A stretch of DNA of 64,000 nt from Chiloscyllium plagiosum. Its lineage: Eukaryota. A program made the position numbers and the translations under genes. The notes under the pieces were generated by a model. That model was not told the origin of the DNA, searched no databases, and was given only the letters and a program-made list of their open reading frames with translations. Of the stretch, positions 11,901-24,740 are shown piece after piece. Location: contig NC_057755.1 in the NCBI RefSeq assembly GCF_004010195.1, forward strand, positions 3,681,462 to 3,745,461, read 5' to 3'. Numbering within the stretch: position 1 is the first letter of the stretch; each line of letters opens with the position of its first letter.

Positions 11901-13370
11901 TGCCTTCCCTGTTGTCCGCTTGTATTGTAATAAACTTAGTTTAATTTCTCAGTTCTATCTCGTTCTCTGCTTTGCTCTTGCCTGCCCTGACTGTTTAACC
12001 TCCTCCATTTTGCAAATGCATCAACATCAGACTAATCTCGAACCTCACTATCTCCCTGGGTCCCAGACACTGCCCGAATTCCCAACACTCCACAACCTTA
12101 TTAGTTTAAATCTTCCTGGGCAACTCGAGAAAATCTCCCTGCCAGTGTAATAGTCCCCTTTTAATTCTTGTTCAATCCATCTTCCTTATACAGGTCACTT
12201 CTACTCCAGCAGAGATACCAATGATACCAAAGTGTGTATCCTTCTTTGTAACACCAGCTCCTCAGCCTCTATCCTCCCATTCCTCCACTCACTCGCTCGT
12301 GGCAGCGAGAGTAATCCAAAATCACTCCCTCCAAGCTCCTTATTTTAAATTACTGCCGAACTTCTTACATTCCACATTCTGACTGTTATCCTTTTCCCTT
12401 CGTAAATCATTAGTTCCACTGTGCACATGACCTCCTGCTGGTCCCTCTCCCATTTGAGAACATTCTGCACCCTCTCCAAGATATCCTTGATTTTGGCACC
12501 AGCGAGGCAACACACTCTTCTGATTTCTCAATGTTTGTCGTAGAAACGTCTGTCTGTGCCTCTGACTAAACAGTACCTTATCACAACTGATCACTTGTAA
12601 CCTGACGTACCCCTTTTATACATTAGAACCAGTCTTGGTGTCAGAAACCTGGCTGTTCATGCCACATTCACTAAAAGTCCATCACCCCCGACATTTTCCA
12701 AAGCAGCATACTTGTTTAAGATGGCGATAGCCACCGGAGACTCCTGTACTATCCACTTCTCTGTCCAACCTTTCCTGGAGGTGACCCAGCTACATGACTG
12801 TGTCTGGCGTATTCCCCTCTTCCTGTAAATGCCAGCCGTCACACCCCTTACCTTCTGTAATTTCCTCTTTACCTCCAACTGCTGCTCCAATCGATCCATG
12901 GCGACCTGATAGGATTCACAACCAAACACACTTACTGTAGACATAATCATCATTAAATGGAAGCTTTCCCTAACCTCCCACACCCGTCAGGAAAAAGTTT
13001 ATCAGTTCATTAAAAGTCATCTTTGTACCTCAATAATCTACAGACCCAGAAAATACCACAGCCCTACAGATATAAAAGACACTTCTCCGTGATAACTTAT
13101 TGCCAATACCTTATACTCTTGCACTTTAATCAAGACACAGATCTCAATATAACAAACAGCCAAAAAAAACTCGGTCTGTTCACTATTGTTGACTTACGCA
13201 AAAAAAAAACCTGCAACGTTACACTTAAAAACCATGCACTTAACTGGTCCTGTGCTGTGAGCTCTCACACACAAGCTTCCCCAAGGGAAGCTGTGATTTT
13301 TGCTGTTTTTTGCCCAGATGCGCTCCGGTGGCAAGAAACGCATGCACTCAAACAGCAAAGGCAGTAGCTG
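8985..13370 (-). mobile_element. CR1/HER1 LINE, long degenerate copy (ORF1 esterase, EN, RT)
   Basis: ORF1 remnants MWEVRES...NKYAALENVGGDGL and VHSGTND; ORF2 remnants DKSPGPNE and LVRLCLEYCVQFYSP; many stops and frameshifts. Confidence 0.85.
10816..11057 (+). mobile_element. Penelope pLTR fragment inserted in CR1 with a 14-bp target-site duplication
   Basis: Flanked by attccctcttaagt (10802-10815 and 11058-11071). Homologous to the pLTR at 14664-14830. Confidence 0.8.
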
Positions 13371-13407
13371 TGCAGATTCACTGCTGTGTCAGACAGCAGG
13401 AATGGTT

Positions 13408-13410
<3 letters not shown>

Positions 13411-13457
<47 letters not shown>
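13411..13457 (+). repeat. (CT)n microsatellite
   Basis: Perfect dinucleotide run. Confidence 0.98.
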
Positions 13458-13458
<1 letters not shown>

Positions 13459-14520
13459 CTGACCATGTGTTTTCCAATTTTGTCTATCTTCCTCCTTTTT
13501 AGTTTGCCTTGCATTGATATTTCTTTTTCCCAATTTTCCAAAATAATGGTCCAACTTATAAAACAATCGTCTTCCAGACATTCGTGACAGTAAGCTCTGA
13601 CACGTAAAATACCTCAACTAAGGGAGCAGCACTTACAGTCAGAGTCTTTCCCGTCCTCCATATACGTTTGCCTGGAATGTTCTGATTAACATATTACAAA
13701 AACATGAGTTGTTGCACTTGAGAAGATGGAATGATTTGATGGAGGATGCTAACAGAGCCGAGAAAGTTTGGTTTCATCATTGAAGGGACAAACCACAATC
13801 TGTGATGATAAAGTGAGGATCTGTTAACTCACTGAATCATGCAGAGTTTGTTTTGGGAAGTGAACAATTCCTTGTCACATTTAGCAAATGTTCTAATTTT
13901 GCTTGTACATTCAGTGAACAGACAATGCCAAATGCAAATCAGGAGATGTGACTATTTTATTGCGTTCTCTGCATTGTCTGACGGAAATAGCCTTGGCTTG
14001 TTGAAACTTTTTGAATAAGCTACATAATGCAAAACAAAACAGACAGTTCACTACTGCAAATACTGAATTTGGCGGCTCCAATCTATTGTGTAATAAAATA
14101 TGACGTTACAAAAGAAAAAAAAATCAGCTTACTCTGACTCTCTATTGTGTTCTAATCATGTCAGATGCAATTAACATGGGAGGTGATAATACAAATACTC
14201 AGCAGTTCATAGACAGAACAATACATCACAGCATGTCTTTAAAAAAATCTTTATTTTGTCGTGAGAATACCCAAATAAGCAATCTTAACCTAATGATTTG
14301 ATTAATTATTATATCCTAAACTTAGTGAATAATATTCCTCGCCATGCAAAATTGCTTCATGCATTGTAAAAATATGAAACCAAAAACGTCTTCAGGGAAC
14401 AAGTAGAAATTAACCACAGTCATCTGGAATTCAGTTTAACTCTCTACAGTGTTCCAATGTTGGAAATGGACAACGCAGAAACAGCCCAATCTGCCAACCA
14501 AGTGAATTCACTTTAACACT

Positions 14521-14830
14521 GGATGTACGTTTTCACGCTGAGCTGCAAGTTTCATTTCGAGACTTTTCATTCCCTACTGGGTAACATCGTGAGTGGGCCT
14601 CAGGCGAAGCCATGCTGAAAATTTCTGCTTTATATTTATATGTTTGGGTTTCTTTGGGTATATCCAAACATATAAATAGGAAGTAGGAATTTTCAACATT
14701 GCTTCGCCTGAGGCCCTCTGAAGATGTTACCTAGTAGGTTAAAGAAATGTCCAGAAGTATACCTTTCAGCTCAAAGAGCAAACCTACATCCAAAACCTCA
14801 ACCTGAGCTACAAATCTTCTCAAAACTCAC
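14521..14830. mobile_element. Inverted pair of Penelope pLTRs
   Basis: 14521-14648 is approximately the reverse complement of 14664-14791. The right arm has a decayed hammerhead core (CTGAAGA at 14718). Confidence 0.8.
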
Positions 14831-15089
14831 TATAACGATCCTCAGTCTTACTTCAATCCCACAGAACTGGAGTAAAGTTATGGCACTGAAAGAGGTGATT
14901 CACGTCTGAATCAATTGAGTAAACTGGCTTCCTTTCTGATTCCATTTTCCAACTCATGGTCCACAGCGTTCAAGGTTCCCAGACTTCGGGTGCAGATCCA
15001 AGTTCCCTTTAAATGAGTTGAGGGTTGCCACTTCAAGCCACCAACCAAACTGGGAAGTGAATTCCAAATATACCATCACCTTCTAAATG

Positions 15090-16118
15090 GAGTCATAGCG
15101 ATGTGCAGAATAGAAACAGACCCTTCAGTCCAACCTGTCCATGCCGACGAGAAATCCAAACCCAATCTAGCCCCATCTGCCAGCACCTGACCCATATCCC
15201 TCCAAACCCTTCCTATTCATATGCACATCCAAATGCCTTTTCAATGTTGTAATTGTACCAGACTCCACCACATCCTCTGGCAGCTCATTCCGTCCACGTA
15301 CCACCCTCTGTGTTAAAAGGTTGCCCCTTAGGTCCCTTTTATATCTTTCCATTCTCACCTTAAACCTATGCCCTCTAGTTCTGGACTCCCTGACGCCAGG
15401 GAAAAGACTTTGTCTATATTTCCTATCCATTGCCCCTCATAATTTTGTAAACATCTATATGGTGACCCCTCAGCATCCGACTCTCCAGGGATAACAGCCC
15501 TAGCCTGTTCAGCCTGTCCCTAAAGCGCAAATCCTCCAAACCTGCCAACATCCTTGTAAATCTTTTCTGAATCATTTCAAGTTTCATAACATCTTTCCGA
15601 TAGGAAGGAGACCAGAATTGCACGCAAATTCCAACAGTGGTCTAAAAAATGTCCTGCACAGCTGCAAAATGACCTCCCAACTCCTGTACTCAATACTCTG
15701 ACCAATAAAGGAAAGCATACCAAACGACTTCTTCACTATCCTATCTACCTGCGACTCCACTTTCGAGGAGCCATGAACTTGCACTCCAATGTCCCTTTGT
15801 TCAGCAACACTGCCTAGGACCTTACCATTAACTATATAAGTCCTGCTAAGATTTGCTTTCCCAAAATGCAGCAGTTCACATTTATTTGAATTAAACTCAA
15901 TCTGCCACTTCTCAGCCCATTGGCCCATCTGATCAAGATCCTGTTGTAATCTAAGGTAATCGTCTTTGCTGTCCATTACACCTCCAATTTTGGTGTCATC
16001 TGCAAACTTACTAACTGTACCTCTTATGCTCACATCCAAATCATTTATATAAATGACAAAAAGTTGAGGACCCAGCACCGATCCTTGTGGCACTCCACTG
16101 GTCACAGGCCTCCAGTCA
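15090..16118 (-). mobile_element. CR1/HER1 LINE 3' fragment (RT C-terminal half)
   Basis: ORF 15584-16156 WRPVTSGVPQGSVLGPQLFVIYINDLD...KFADDTKIGG, followed by the CR1 C-terminus RTRGHRFKV and 3' UTR. Confidence 0.95.
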
Positions 16119-16358
16119 TTTAACCCACCCAGACAGCCCCATTTCCCTCTGAACAATGCACCTAACCCTATTGGAAATTTAACATGGCCAAATCACCTGA
16201 CCTACACATCTTGGGACTGTGGGACGAAATCGCAGCACCCAGAGGAAACCCACGCAGACATGGGGAGAACGTGGAAACTCACAGACAGTCAACCGAGGCT
16301 GGAATCAAACCTGGGACCCTGGTGCTGTGAGGTAACAGTGCTTATCACTGAGCCACCC
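16119..16358 (-). mobile_element. HE1-type SINE
   Basis: gaggaaacccacgcagacatggggagaacg...ctggtgctgtgagg...cactgagccacc; sits at the left edge of duplicate copy B. Confidence 0.85.
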
Positions 16359-17299
16359 ATCAAAACAAAACAACCCTTCAAAATATTCACACCAAGATCC
16401 TTATATCTATCACTTGGTTAAATGACTTTTGACTGCCAATTCTCAAGTGGAATTGCAGTCAATTGCTTCCTGGAGATACCACACATCTGAGCATCAATGT
16501 ACTCAGCTTTTATCCAATTACTTCAGAGCTTTTCTGTCTGTGATCAACACTAAAGTTTCTCTCCTAGGTAATGTCATTGACGAAAACTCTCATTTCATTT
16601 GCATGAGCACAGATTTATATATCCACTCAATTTCAGGGTCTAACAGAAACAAAAAGAAATGACAAAAATAATAAACGTGAAAGTAAAGCTTACTCAGTCA
16701 GGGTTTCTTCTTTAATTGCAAATTCCAGAACTCACCAGCAATTTTTTTCAGGCTGCATTAATACCATGCTGGGTTGCAAGCATCAAAAATAAACAAAAGC
16801 TCATTCGTGCACAAAGGCATTCAGCTGATCGCCAAACTTCAAACACAACTTGTAAAAAAAAATTGCTGCAATTACACAAATAACTCCAAGTTAATTATAA
16901 AGTTCGGATGCACAGAGAAGGCTACTGCATATTCACTTCAACACCAGAATCCCAATTGAAATTCAATAATATTGCACTCTCTACATAAAATACTGCCACT
17001 TATACATTTCCAAAGCGATTCCTTGCCTTAATTCCAGTGAAACTCTCCGTAATCTCCCATTAAAATGGAAATTTCTGGAAGCTTCTCAGAAGAGATGAAT
17101 ACTTTCCCATGCAAGTCTTGCAGAATCTGCGATGATGGGGATTCCACAGGGTCCCTATAATCTGATAATAAATTACCGAGCTCCTGCCACTATGTGACTT
17201 CTGGGCACATTATGCCCATGTATCATTGTCAGTGACAGTGTGAACACGCAACCGATCATCAGACAGATTTACACAATTTCAATGGTGTACTACACTAAT

Positions 17300-17354
17300 C
17301 GGGGACTGTTACAATCGGAAGGGTCATGTAAAATAATTTCCGCAAATAATACAT
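17300..17354 (-). pseudogene. GPR139-like exon 1, orphan and disabled (unit 2)
   Basis: MYYLRKLFYMTLPIVTVP; 12 nt shorter than unit 1; donor G|GTAAG changed to G|ATTAG; no exon 2 recognisable downstream. Confidence 0.75.
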
Positions 17355-19242
17355 TTTCTGCCTGAATCTCTGTGCGCAGGCAATGTCTCTGTACTCAATG
17401 GCGAGGTGATATAATCTCAAAGCCTTTCATTTATACCTGCTGGCATCGCCTGGGGGACTGTTACATTACAATGTGGTTCACTTCATTGATTTAATAATTT
17501 GAACAAACAGGTAACACCAGTGTGTTAACTCCCAGTGGCCACAGATTATTTTTATTTTATTTATTTGGTTTATCTGATGATACATGTCTCAATTGGTCAG
17601 GAGCAAACAGAGGAAAATTCATATTCAATAAAATGATAGAATCCTTACAACGTGGAAGCAGGCCAATGGGCCCATCAAGTCCACACTGACCCATCCGCGC
17701 TCTCTGTCAGGGAGCAGGGCCTACCACTGAGTCACTGTTCTGCCCTCTATACAAGCATTGACACCACAACACTAGCTCTCGAACTTTAAACTCTCATTTC
17801 ATTTCAGCGTTGTCCTTCCCTTGACTTTGATAGTTTGGAAATTAAATTCCAGTTGTTGAGTGTCTCTCTGTGAAACGTTCTCCTCAACACTGGGATGTGG
17901 CTTCCCTGGCTATCAGACACTGTTTTGTAAAGGGATGATTGTTGGTTTATTAAATCCAACATCACAACAGAATTCCTCACCTTGTGCTGATTCAGTTTTT
18001 GAACGGAACAGAATTTCGCCAATTAAGGCAGTAATTGAAACAAGTAAATTAACTCACTGAAGAAAACACCCTCGATGGTTACATAAGCTCCAATCATTAC
18101 AGAACCTCCTACCAGGATAAGAGTGTCCTGGACATGTTTCAGAGCTGGCTCTGAGACACTCATGGTCTGTAAAGCAATTCACAGGGATGAGATATTCTCT
18201 CTTCCCTGCGGTGCACTGCACGTGTACACAGAAGAAACCTAAAACATTTGACTGATGATGGGATGGAACAGTTTCAAGCGAGATGGAACAGTGAGGCCAG
18301 GGACGGATTTGCACACACAAGGATGCAGAAATGTGAAAATCTGGAAATGTTTTGTGGGAGTCATTGTTGTCAAAGAGGCTTGTAGTGATGGGGAAATGGA
18401 CTTGGTGTGAGGACTGATAAAGGACAGAAAACAGAGAGCAGGAATAGATATGTCATCTTAATGTCAGGCTGGTATTACAAGGACTATTACTCGAGACACA
18501 GTCATTTATAATTTCTATCAATAGCTGATCATGTGTTATTTTTGCTGATAATACGATGTTAAGTGGCAGAATACAACACAAGCAGAACATACACACGCGG
18601 TGAAGGAGAAGGACAGGATCAGTGAGTGAATGAGCACAAAATAGTCTGTGCAATATAATGTAGAGAAATGTAAGACATTCTTCGTTCATTTCAGTCTTGG
18701 AAAGATTCAGACTATCAGTAAACTTTTAGATGCTTATCTTAGTACAAAATCAAGAAACCTTTGGTTCCATTTAGTGCCAGTAGTTTCCTTTATTCTCTTG
18801 AAACATTTATTAGTCTCAGACACTTCTCAATTTGAGGAATTCAGTTCTGGGTTTGCGTCATTTTGATCTCTCATCATTGAACCCTTGCTGTCCAGTATCA
18901 TTCTGGCCAATCGATAGTGTACTCAAATGAACATGTCCTCCCAACTCTCCATTTTTAGTCCCCCATTTATAAAGTAAGTATGGAGCTATTTTGATATCAA
19001 ATAGCAGCAGTGCACAAAGGGAAAATTATTGGCTGACTTTTTCAGAATGATCAGACCTAACTTCACAGAGTCCAGGATGGTATACTGCATCAAAAGTACA
19101 TCGGGTCAAGAACATCACGGAACAACTTAAGCATATCTTGGTTTGTGGGTTTGACTGGGGTGGGACAGGGGCTAGAGCGTCAAAGTGTGGAAAGTGAAGC
19201 GACCAAGGTCCTGATGCACATTGACGCCAAAATGTCTGGAAG

Positions 19243-19468
19243 TGTTATCACTCTTCAGAGACCAGCATCCTGTCATTAATCACCCTTTATTTGCAAACAC
19301 ATAAGCTTTCATTGTAGCCTGTTGTTGAGTCAGACATTTGACATCACAATATCCCTGTCATTCATCCTTTTATTTCAGACAGGGCTCCCTGATTGGATTA
19401 GATTAACTTCCCTAATCAGGGAACTTATATCCTCTGAGGTCCACCTGACCGACTTCATGACAATAACA
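19243..19468. mobile_element. Solo-LTR-like element
   Basis: TGTTAT...ATAACA inverted termini; interrupts a CR1 ORF1 remnant; related sequence at 3410-3525 and 25735-25987; no clean TSD. Confidence 0.4.
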
Positions 19469-20919
19469 GGTTGAAGCAGCAATGAATTCCCATACGTAAT
19501 ATTCGGCAAATCAGGGGGGAATTTGAAAACCTGATCCCCTCGTTACTCTGAGTATTCATTTATCCAATGACCATGTGGTTGGAAACAATGGTTCAAGGAT
19601 GATGGGCTTTGGATCTCTCGATTATTGGTGAGGTTTCTAGGGCTGGAGTGACCGACATATATTGGAAACGTGGGTTTTGCTTTAACTGGATGGGGATTGC
19701 TACTCTTCAGGGGAAACATACTATCGCCATTGTGAAATATTTACTCAAACCAGTCAGAGTGCCTTAAACCTGGGATAAGTCTCAGTTAGAAGGCAATTGG
19801 AGATGGCCACTTGAAGCCAAAAATCTGTGAGGAAAAGATAAAAACAACTAGCATGTGTTCTGGATCCATGCTTCAGAATCTTAACGTTCAGGATCAAATA
19901 CTTGCCTCACAGGTTCAGCAACAGGGTTCTTTCTGAAGCACTTTTTTTAATTTTAGGAAACCTCAATAGCAAATATGTTTCAGTAATGTGATACAATTAG
20001 TGCCGAAATATCACCTTTATATTTATTATTTGTGATGATGCTTGAGGTATTTCGTCAGCAATGACACAGTAAAAGGACTAGCTTATTACATCTCACAGGT
20101 ATGAATTGATACAAGAGAACAAATGTAAGCATGCAACAAGTTAATATACTTGCACCAAATATTGCAAACACAATGCAGTAGCATGAATTTACAATATTAT
20201 TGTATTGGGGAAGAGTGATCTTCAGATGCATGAAATGTTTATTCAGTTTGAGAATGAAGAATTTGAGTGTGAAACTCGGGTCCTAACTCTAAATAAAAAA
20301 ATTGATGCATGAATGAGCAATGATAGATTGAGGAAACTTAGTAAAGAAGATCTCGGTGGATAGATAATTACTAAAGAGGAAGAAGTGCCTGAATGATTTT
20401 GAACAATTGTATAGTTGCCTTCAGGTCAACAATAAGACAGGAAAGGTGAAAGTGTGCAACCCTGCCTGACCGTGGATCTGATCAGGAAGCTTTCTGATTC
20501 CCAACCATTGACTGAGACTGAACTGATAATGTTGGTGTAGAACAGTCAGATTCATTTGTGGAATCCTTTCCCAAAGATTGCTTTGGTGAGCACATCCCAC
20601 ATGAATGTGTGTGAGATCCTGTCAAAGACCTTCTGTTCTAGGCTGATGAGGGCGACTTCCAACCCCCCTGTCCTGCACATAGACGATTCTATCTCTGAGA
20701 AGTGTGAGGCTGACCGTACAGATCAGGTTTGCTCGGAGTGCATCACTGAGCAGAAAGCAGTTCTAAGTCGATTGGTGATGACCTTAATCAGATTATTTCA
20801 ATTTACATTCAGCAATGAAAATGGTGGTCAGTCGTCCCTCTTTTTCTTCTGATTGTAAATGCGGAGGAGGTCAACTTTCCTCATGGATTCACAAAGGCTA
20901 CCTGTTAGAAGCATGTTGT

Positions 20920-21800
20920 TATCCACTTCCAGCAGGTCCTGGCCAATCACGAGTCACCGAGTCACGAGTCACAACTCGTTCTGCTAAGCTGTCTCTTCTG
21001 CACGTCTTAATCTTTTTGAAGAACTCGAGGGCCTCGGTAGCAAATGCAAAGATAATGGTTGGTGCAGCCTCTCTCGTGTGCTGTCATCGAAGACCTACAT
21101 GACAGCAAGGAATGACCAGGAGGCTGCGCTTTCTGTGGGGTTCGTGTCGTACATTCTAGCACAAAAGGAATTGCTTATCCTCAGGATGTCAGGCTGAGAT
21201 AATGTTGCAGAGTCACCTTCTTCCTTCAGGTTCTGAGCACAGAGCACTCCCTGTGCAATTTCTGAAAGACCAAATGAGAGCATTGCTAATCCTAATCCAC
21301 GGTGTGGACCTTGGATGGGGAGATTACCTTGGTGGCTTCTGAGGTAGAGTGAGGCTAGCTATTCTTCACCTCCTGGTGATCCTCCATGACATCAACCCCA
21401 TCGCCTGCAGCAGGTGTAGGTGCTGCACCTTTTTCTGGAGTTTGGACAGTTCACTTCGTTTCAGAAGACCTTTGGGAATAACGACAGTCTTGAAGTTCCC
21501 TCCGTGGTTCTCCCTTTTCAGCTCCTCCATGTTTTCTAGGATCAGCTGTTATATGCTCAGATTCCACGTTCCCTTGCTGACCAACAGGAGATAGTGGTCA
21601 GAGAAGAACTCCAACTTCGCGCTGGTGGATTTGACAAAAAACAAATCCGAACCTCTCTGGTCTCACTTCACAGGAGAAGCACTGGAGCCTTGGTGAACGT
21701 CCCTCACCCACTTCCTCATGAAATCTTGTTTTAAGCTACCAGGCGTTGACGGGGTAGGCAGCGTTCAGTATTCTGAACCCATTTGATTCCAATTGCCAGG
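20920..21800 (-). mobile_element. Tx1-type retrotransposon ORF2 fragment (end of EN plus linker)
   Basis: FVKSTSAKLEFFSDHYLL (APE endonuclease SDH motif) and LKEEGDSATLSQPDILRISNSFCARMYD. Confidence 0.7.
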
Positions 21801-24409
21801 CCGGTCGCATCCTTCTGTCTTCTTTTCTTCCCCGTCTCCATCTTTATCTTCTCTTCCTTGTGGCAGTGATGGTAGAGGAAGATGGCATCAGTGGTGTCTA
21901 CAGCAGCAGCGTTGTGAACATGGAATAGGAAATCCTGGTGTCGGTCGTGACATTGGTGTGGTCGGCCCAGGTAGGCAAAACCATTATCTTGTTTGATTAC
22001 ACTGACCCGGTGTTAATGAGGCAATTAAACTGAGATATTAAAGCAAGAAGCGTGCAGCATTCACTGTCACATTCAATCAATCCGGTGAGATATGCAAGGC
22101 TTCAACTTGACTGAACATTGAAGTTATTGTTGCTGAGATATTGCAACAAGGTTTCAGGTGGAACAGTAGGCCTGAGTTTCAGTAGAACATTTTTTTGAGA
22201 CGGGTCAATTAAAAAGAGGAATATAAAATATCCAATTAAGGTTTTATGTAACACCCATTCTGAAATAGAAACTGAATTTAAAATATGACAACTACTTTGT
22301 TACATTATAATACTGTTTAGCCACTGCAGTCAGAAATGACCAAGATAACGAGATAAAAGCAGGTCAGACGTCCCACTAAAGCTTGTGATTTCAAATTAGC
22401 CTTTTGCACGATAACCTGGTGTCATGTGATGTCTGACATTGTCCACCCAGTCCAACACCGGCACCCCCACATTAAAGCTAAAAGAAGTCACTCAAATCAG
22501 GGAGATGCCACAGAGAACATCAGGACAACAAAGCAGGAACCTTGTGAGAATGAAGAACAGCCCAACTCCAGTTCGACAAGCTGTAATCGCGCATTTTAAT
22601 CTAGTTTGAGGACATAGATGTTTCAGAACTGTTATGTTTCTCGGGATATTAGAGGGAAAAAACTAGTTTTGTAAAGTTACATATTTATCAATCTTCTATT
22701 TCAAAAACCAAGTGTGATTATTGGTGTAAAACGAAGCCTATAAATTTTGCAATAGGTCAGAATATATGAAAACGAAGCCTACAGTAGATTTTGGCAATAT
22801 CTACAGGGAAATGGTCACCTCCTTGATTAATCATTTTCCCTTGGTATTTTTCATGAGAAAATAAATCAAAAACTAAAGTTTCACTCCATGTTCTTTAGGG
22901 AAGGAAACGGCCATCCTTACCAGGTCTGGCCTATATGTGACTCATGAACCACAGCAATGTGTTTGGCTGTTAATGGCCCTCTCGGAAGGCCATAATTGCT
23001 CTCCTAGATGGTGAGGCGCTCATCTCATGTATGGCCACGGGAGTTATGCTGCAGGTAGGAAATACCCTAATTAGATCTTACTGGGAGTACTGGGAGGAGA
23101 TACAAGCACCACATCTTTGGAAGGAAGAAGGAACACAGAGTAGATTTAAATGAATGATACCTCTACTTCCAGGGTTTAGGTATGAGGACAAACTGCGCAA
23201 ATTAGGCCTGCCCTGCTCTCTCTCGAGATTAGAACACAGGGTAGATAAAGATAAACCTGGTCGTCTATTCTCGAACAAAGGAAAATAGTTTGTGAATTAG
23301 GGACAGTGTGTTTTGGAGAAATGTTAAGAAGCACTTCTACACAGAAAAGGTTGTGGATATTTGGAAGGGCAGGTTTGTGCCATTTGGCATTTAATGCTGG
23401 ACCAGTTGTTAATTTTAAATCTGAAATATATTTTGTCTTTGGCATGCATACATATTAATGAATAAGTCACAAATACAGGGGTGTATGAAGTTACCTTGCA
23501 GATCCGCCATTGAACGGCAGAATATGCTTGAGGGGGCTGGATGGCCTTTTGCTACGTCTCTGTGACTACTAATCTCTTCCCAGGACCGATCCAAGGCATT
23601 GACATTTTTCCTGAAGTGTGGTACTGTGAAATTGGCAGAAATCAATTTTGACTCATTACAAGACTTCCACTTTTCAATGATTCAAAGCAGATCTGCTTCC
23701 CTCAATCGTGGCTGAAACAGTGAATTATAATGTTTCAGCAACATTTCCCTCACATTTGTACTCTAGCTGGATATTGTATGGATTTTTACAAACCCGCCCA
23801 ACCTGCCCAGTCAGTTTCCAAAAATAAAGTGTACACCTCCAAGACTTGACATTATGACATTCCCCCCAGAATTGGGCCAGTTAATTTATAGTGTCGCTCT
23901 TTACCAAAAAGATTAAACAATTCTCACGTCCTATATTATCCACCGTTTGCCTGCCCCTTTCCCTGGTTAATGGTATAAAATATACATAGAAATATCGCAC
24001 TAACTGACTGTGAAGAGTTGAAGTACTTAGAATACTGCTCGGAGCCTTTATTTAAGATATTCCTTAAGAGGAGAACAGATGGCCAGAGACTTGAAAATTT
24101 CATTGACAGATTTTATTTTTAATTCAATGGACAGAGCATTACTTCGTTTTCAATGACTAGATGAGTGTGCTGCTTCCATTGACACACCCTGCAACACTAG
24201 AATAGGAGAAGGCCATTCAGTTCCTTCTCCACTTTGTTTCACTGGAATAGGAGGCCATTCAGTTCTGATTACTCTTGACAGATGCTGGCAGACTTGCTCA
24301 GTTTTTCCAGCAATTTCTGTTTTTCTTTCTGATTGACAGCATCCGCAGTTCTATTGGGTTTCATTCAGCCCCTTCTCCAGCCTGCTTCAAAATGGAGGTC
24401 ATTTAGTAG

Positions 24410-24740
24410 GTGGAGGAGATAGCCTCGTGGAATTATTGCTGGACTGTTAATCAAGAGACCCAGGTACTGTTCTGGGGACCCAAATTCAATCCCAGCACTG
24501 CAGATGGTGCAATTAGAATTCAGTAAATGAGACTAATGATGCCCACAAATCCAATATTAGTTATTGATCCACTCAGGTCCTTTGGAGAGGGAAAACTCCA
24601 ACCTTAAATTGTCAGGAGCACATGTGATTCCAGGCTCACAACAATGTAGTTGACACTTAACTGCCCTCTAAGTAATTAGAGATGGGCAAAAATGCTGGCG
24701 CTCGACAGCAATGCACTCACACCATGACTGAATGAAAAAG
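24410..24740 (+). mobile_element. SacSINE1/DeuSINE-like SINE
   Basis: Paralogue of 5733-6070. A partial related copy lies at 22880-23030. Confidence 0.6.

Noticed and set aside
13620..14500. Possible exon 2 for minus-strand unit 2
   Set aside because: I could find no DRF, KYCT or CCTN motifs by eye; the sequence is AT-rich and left unassigned.
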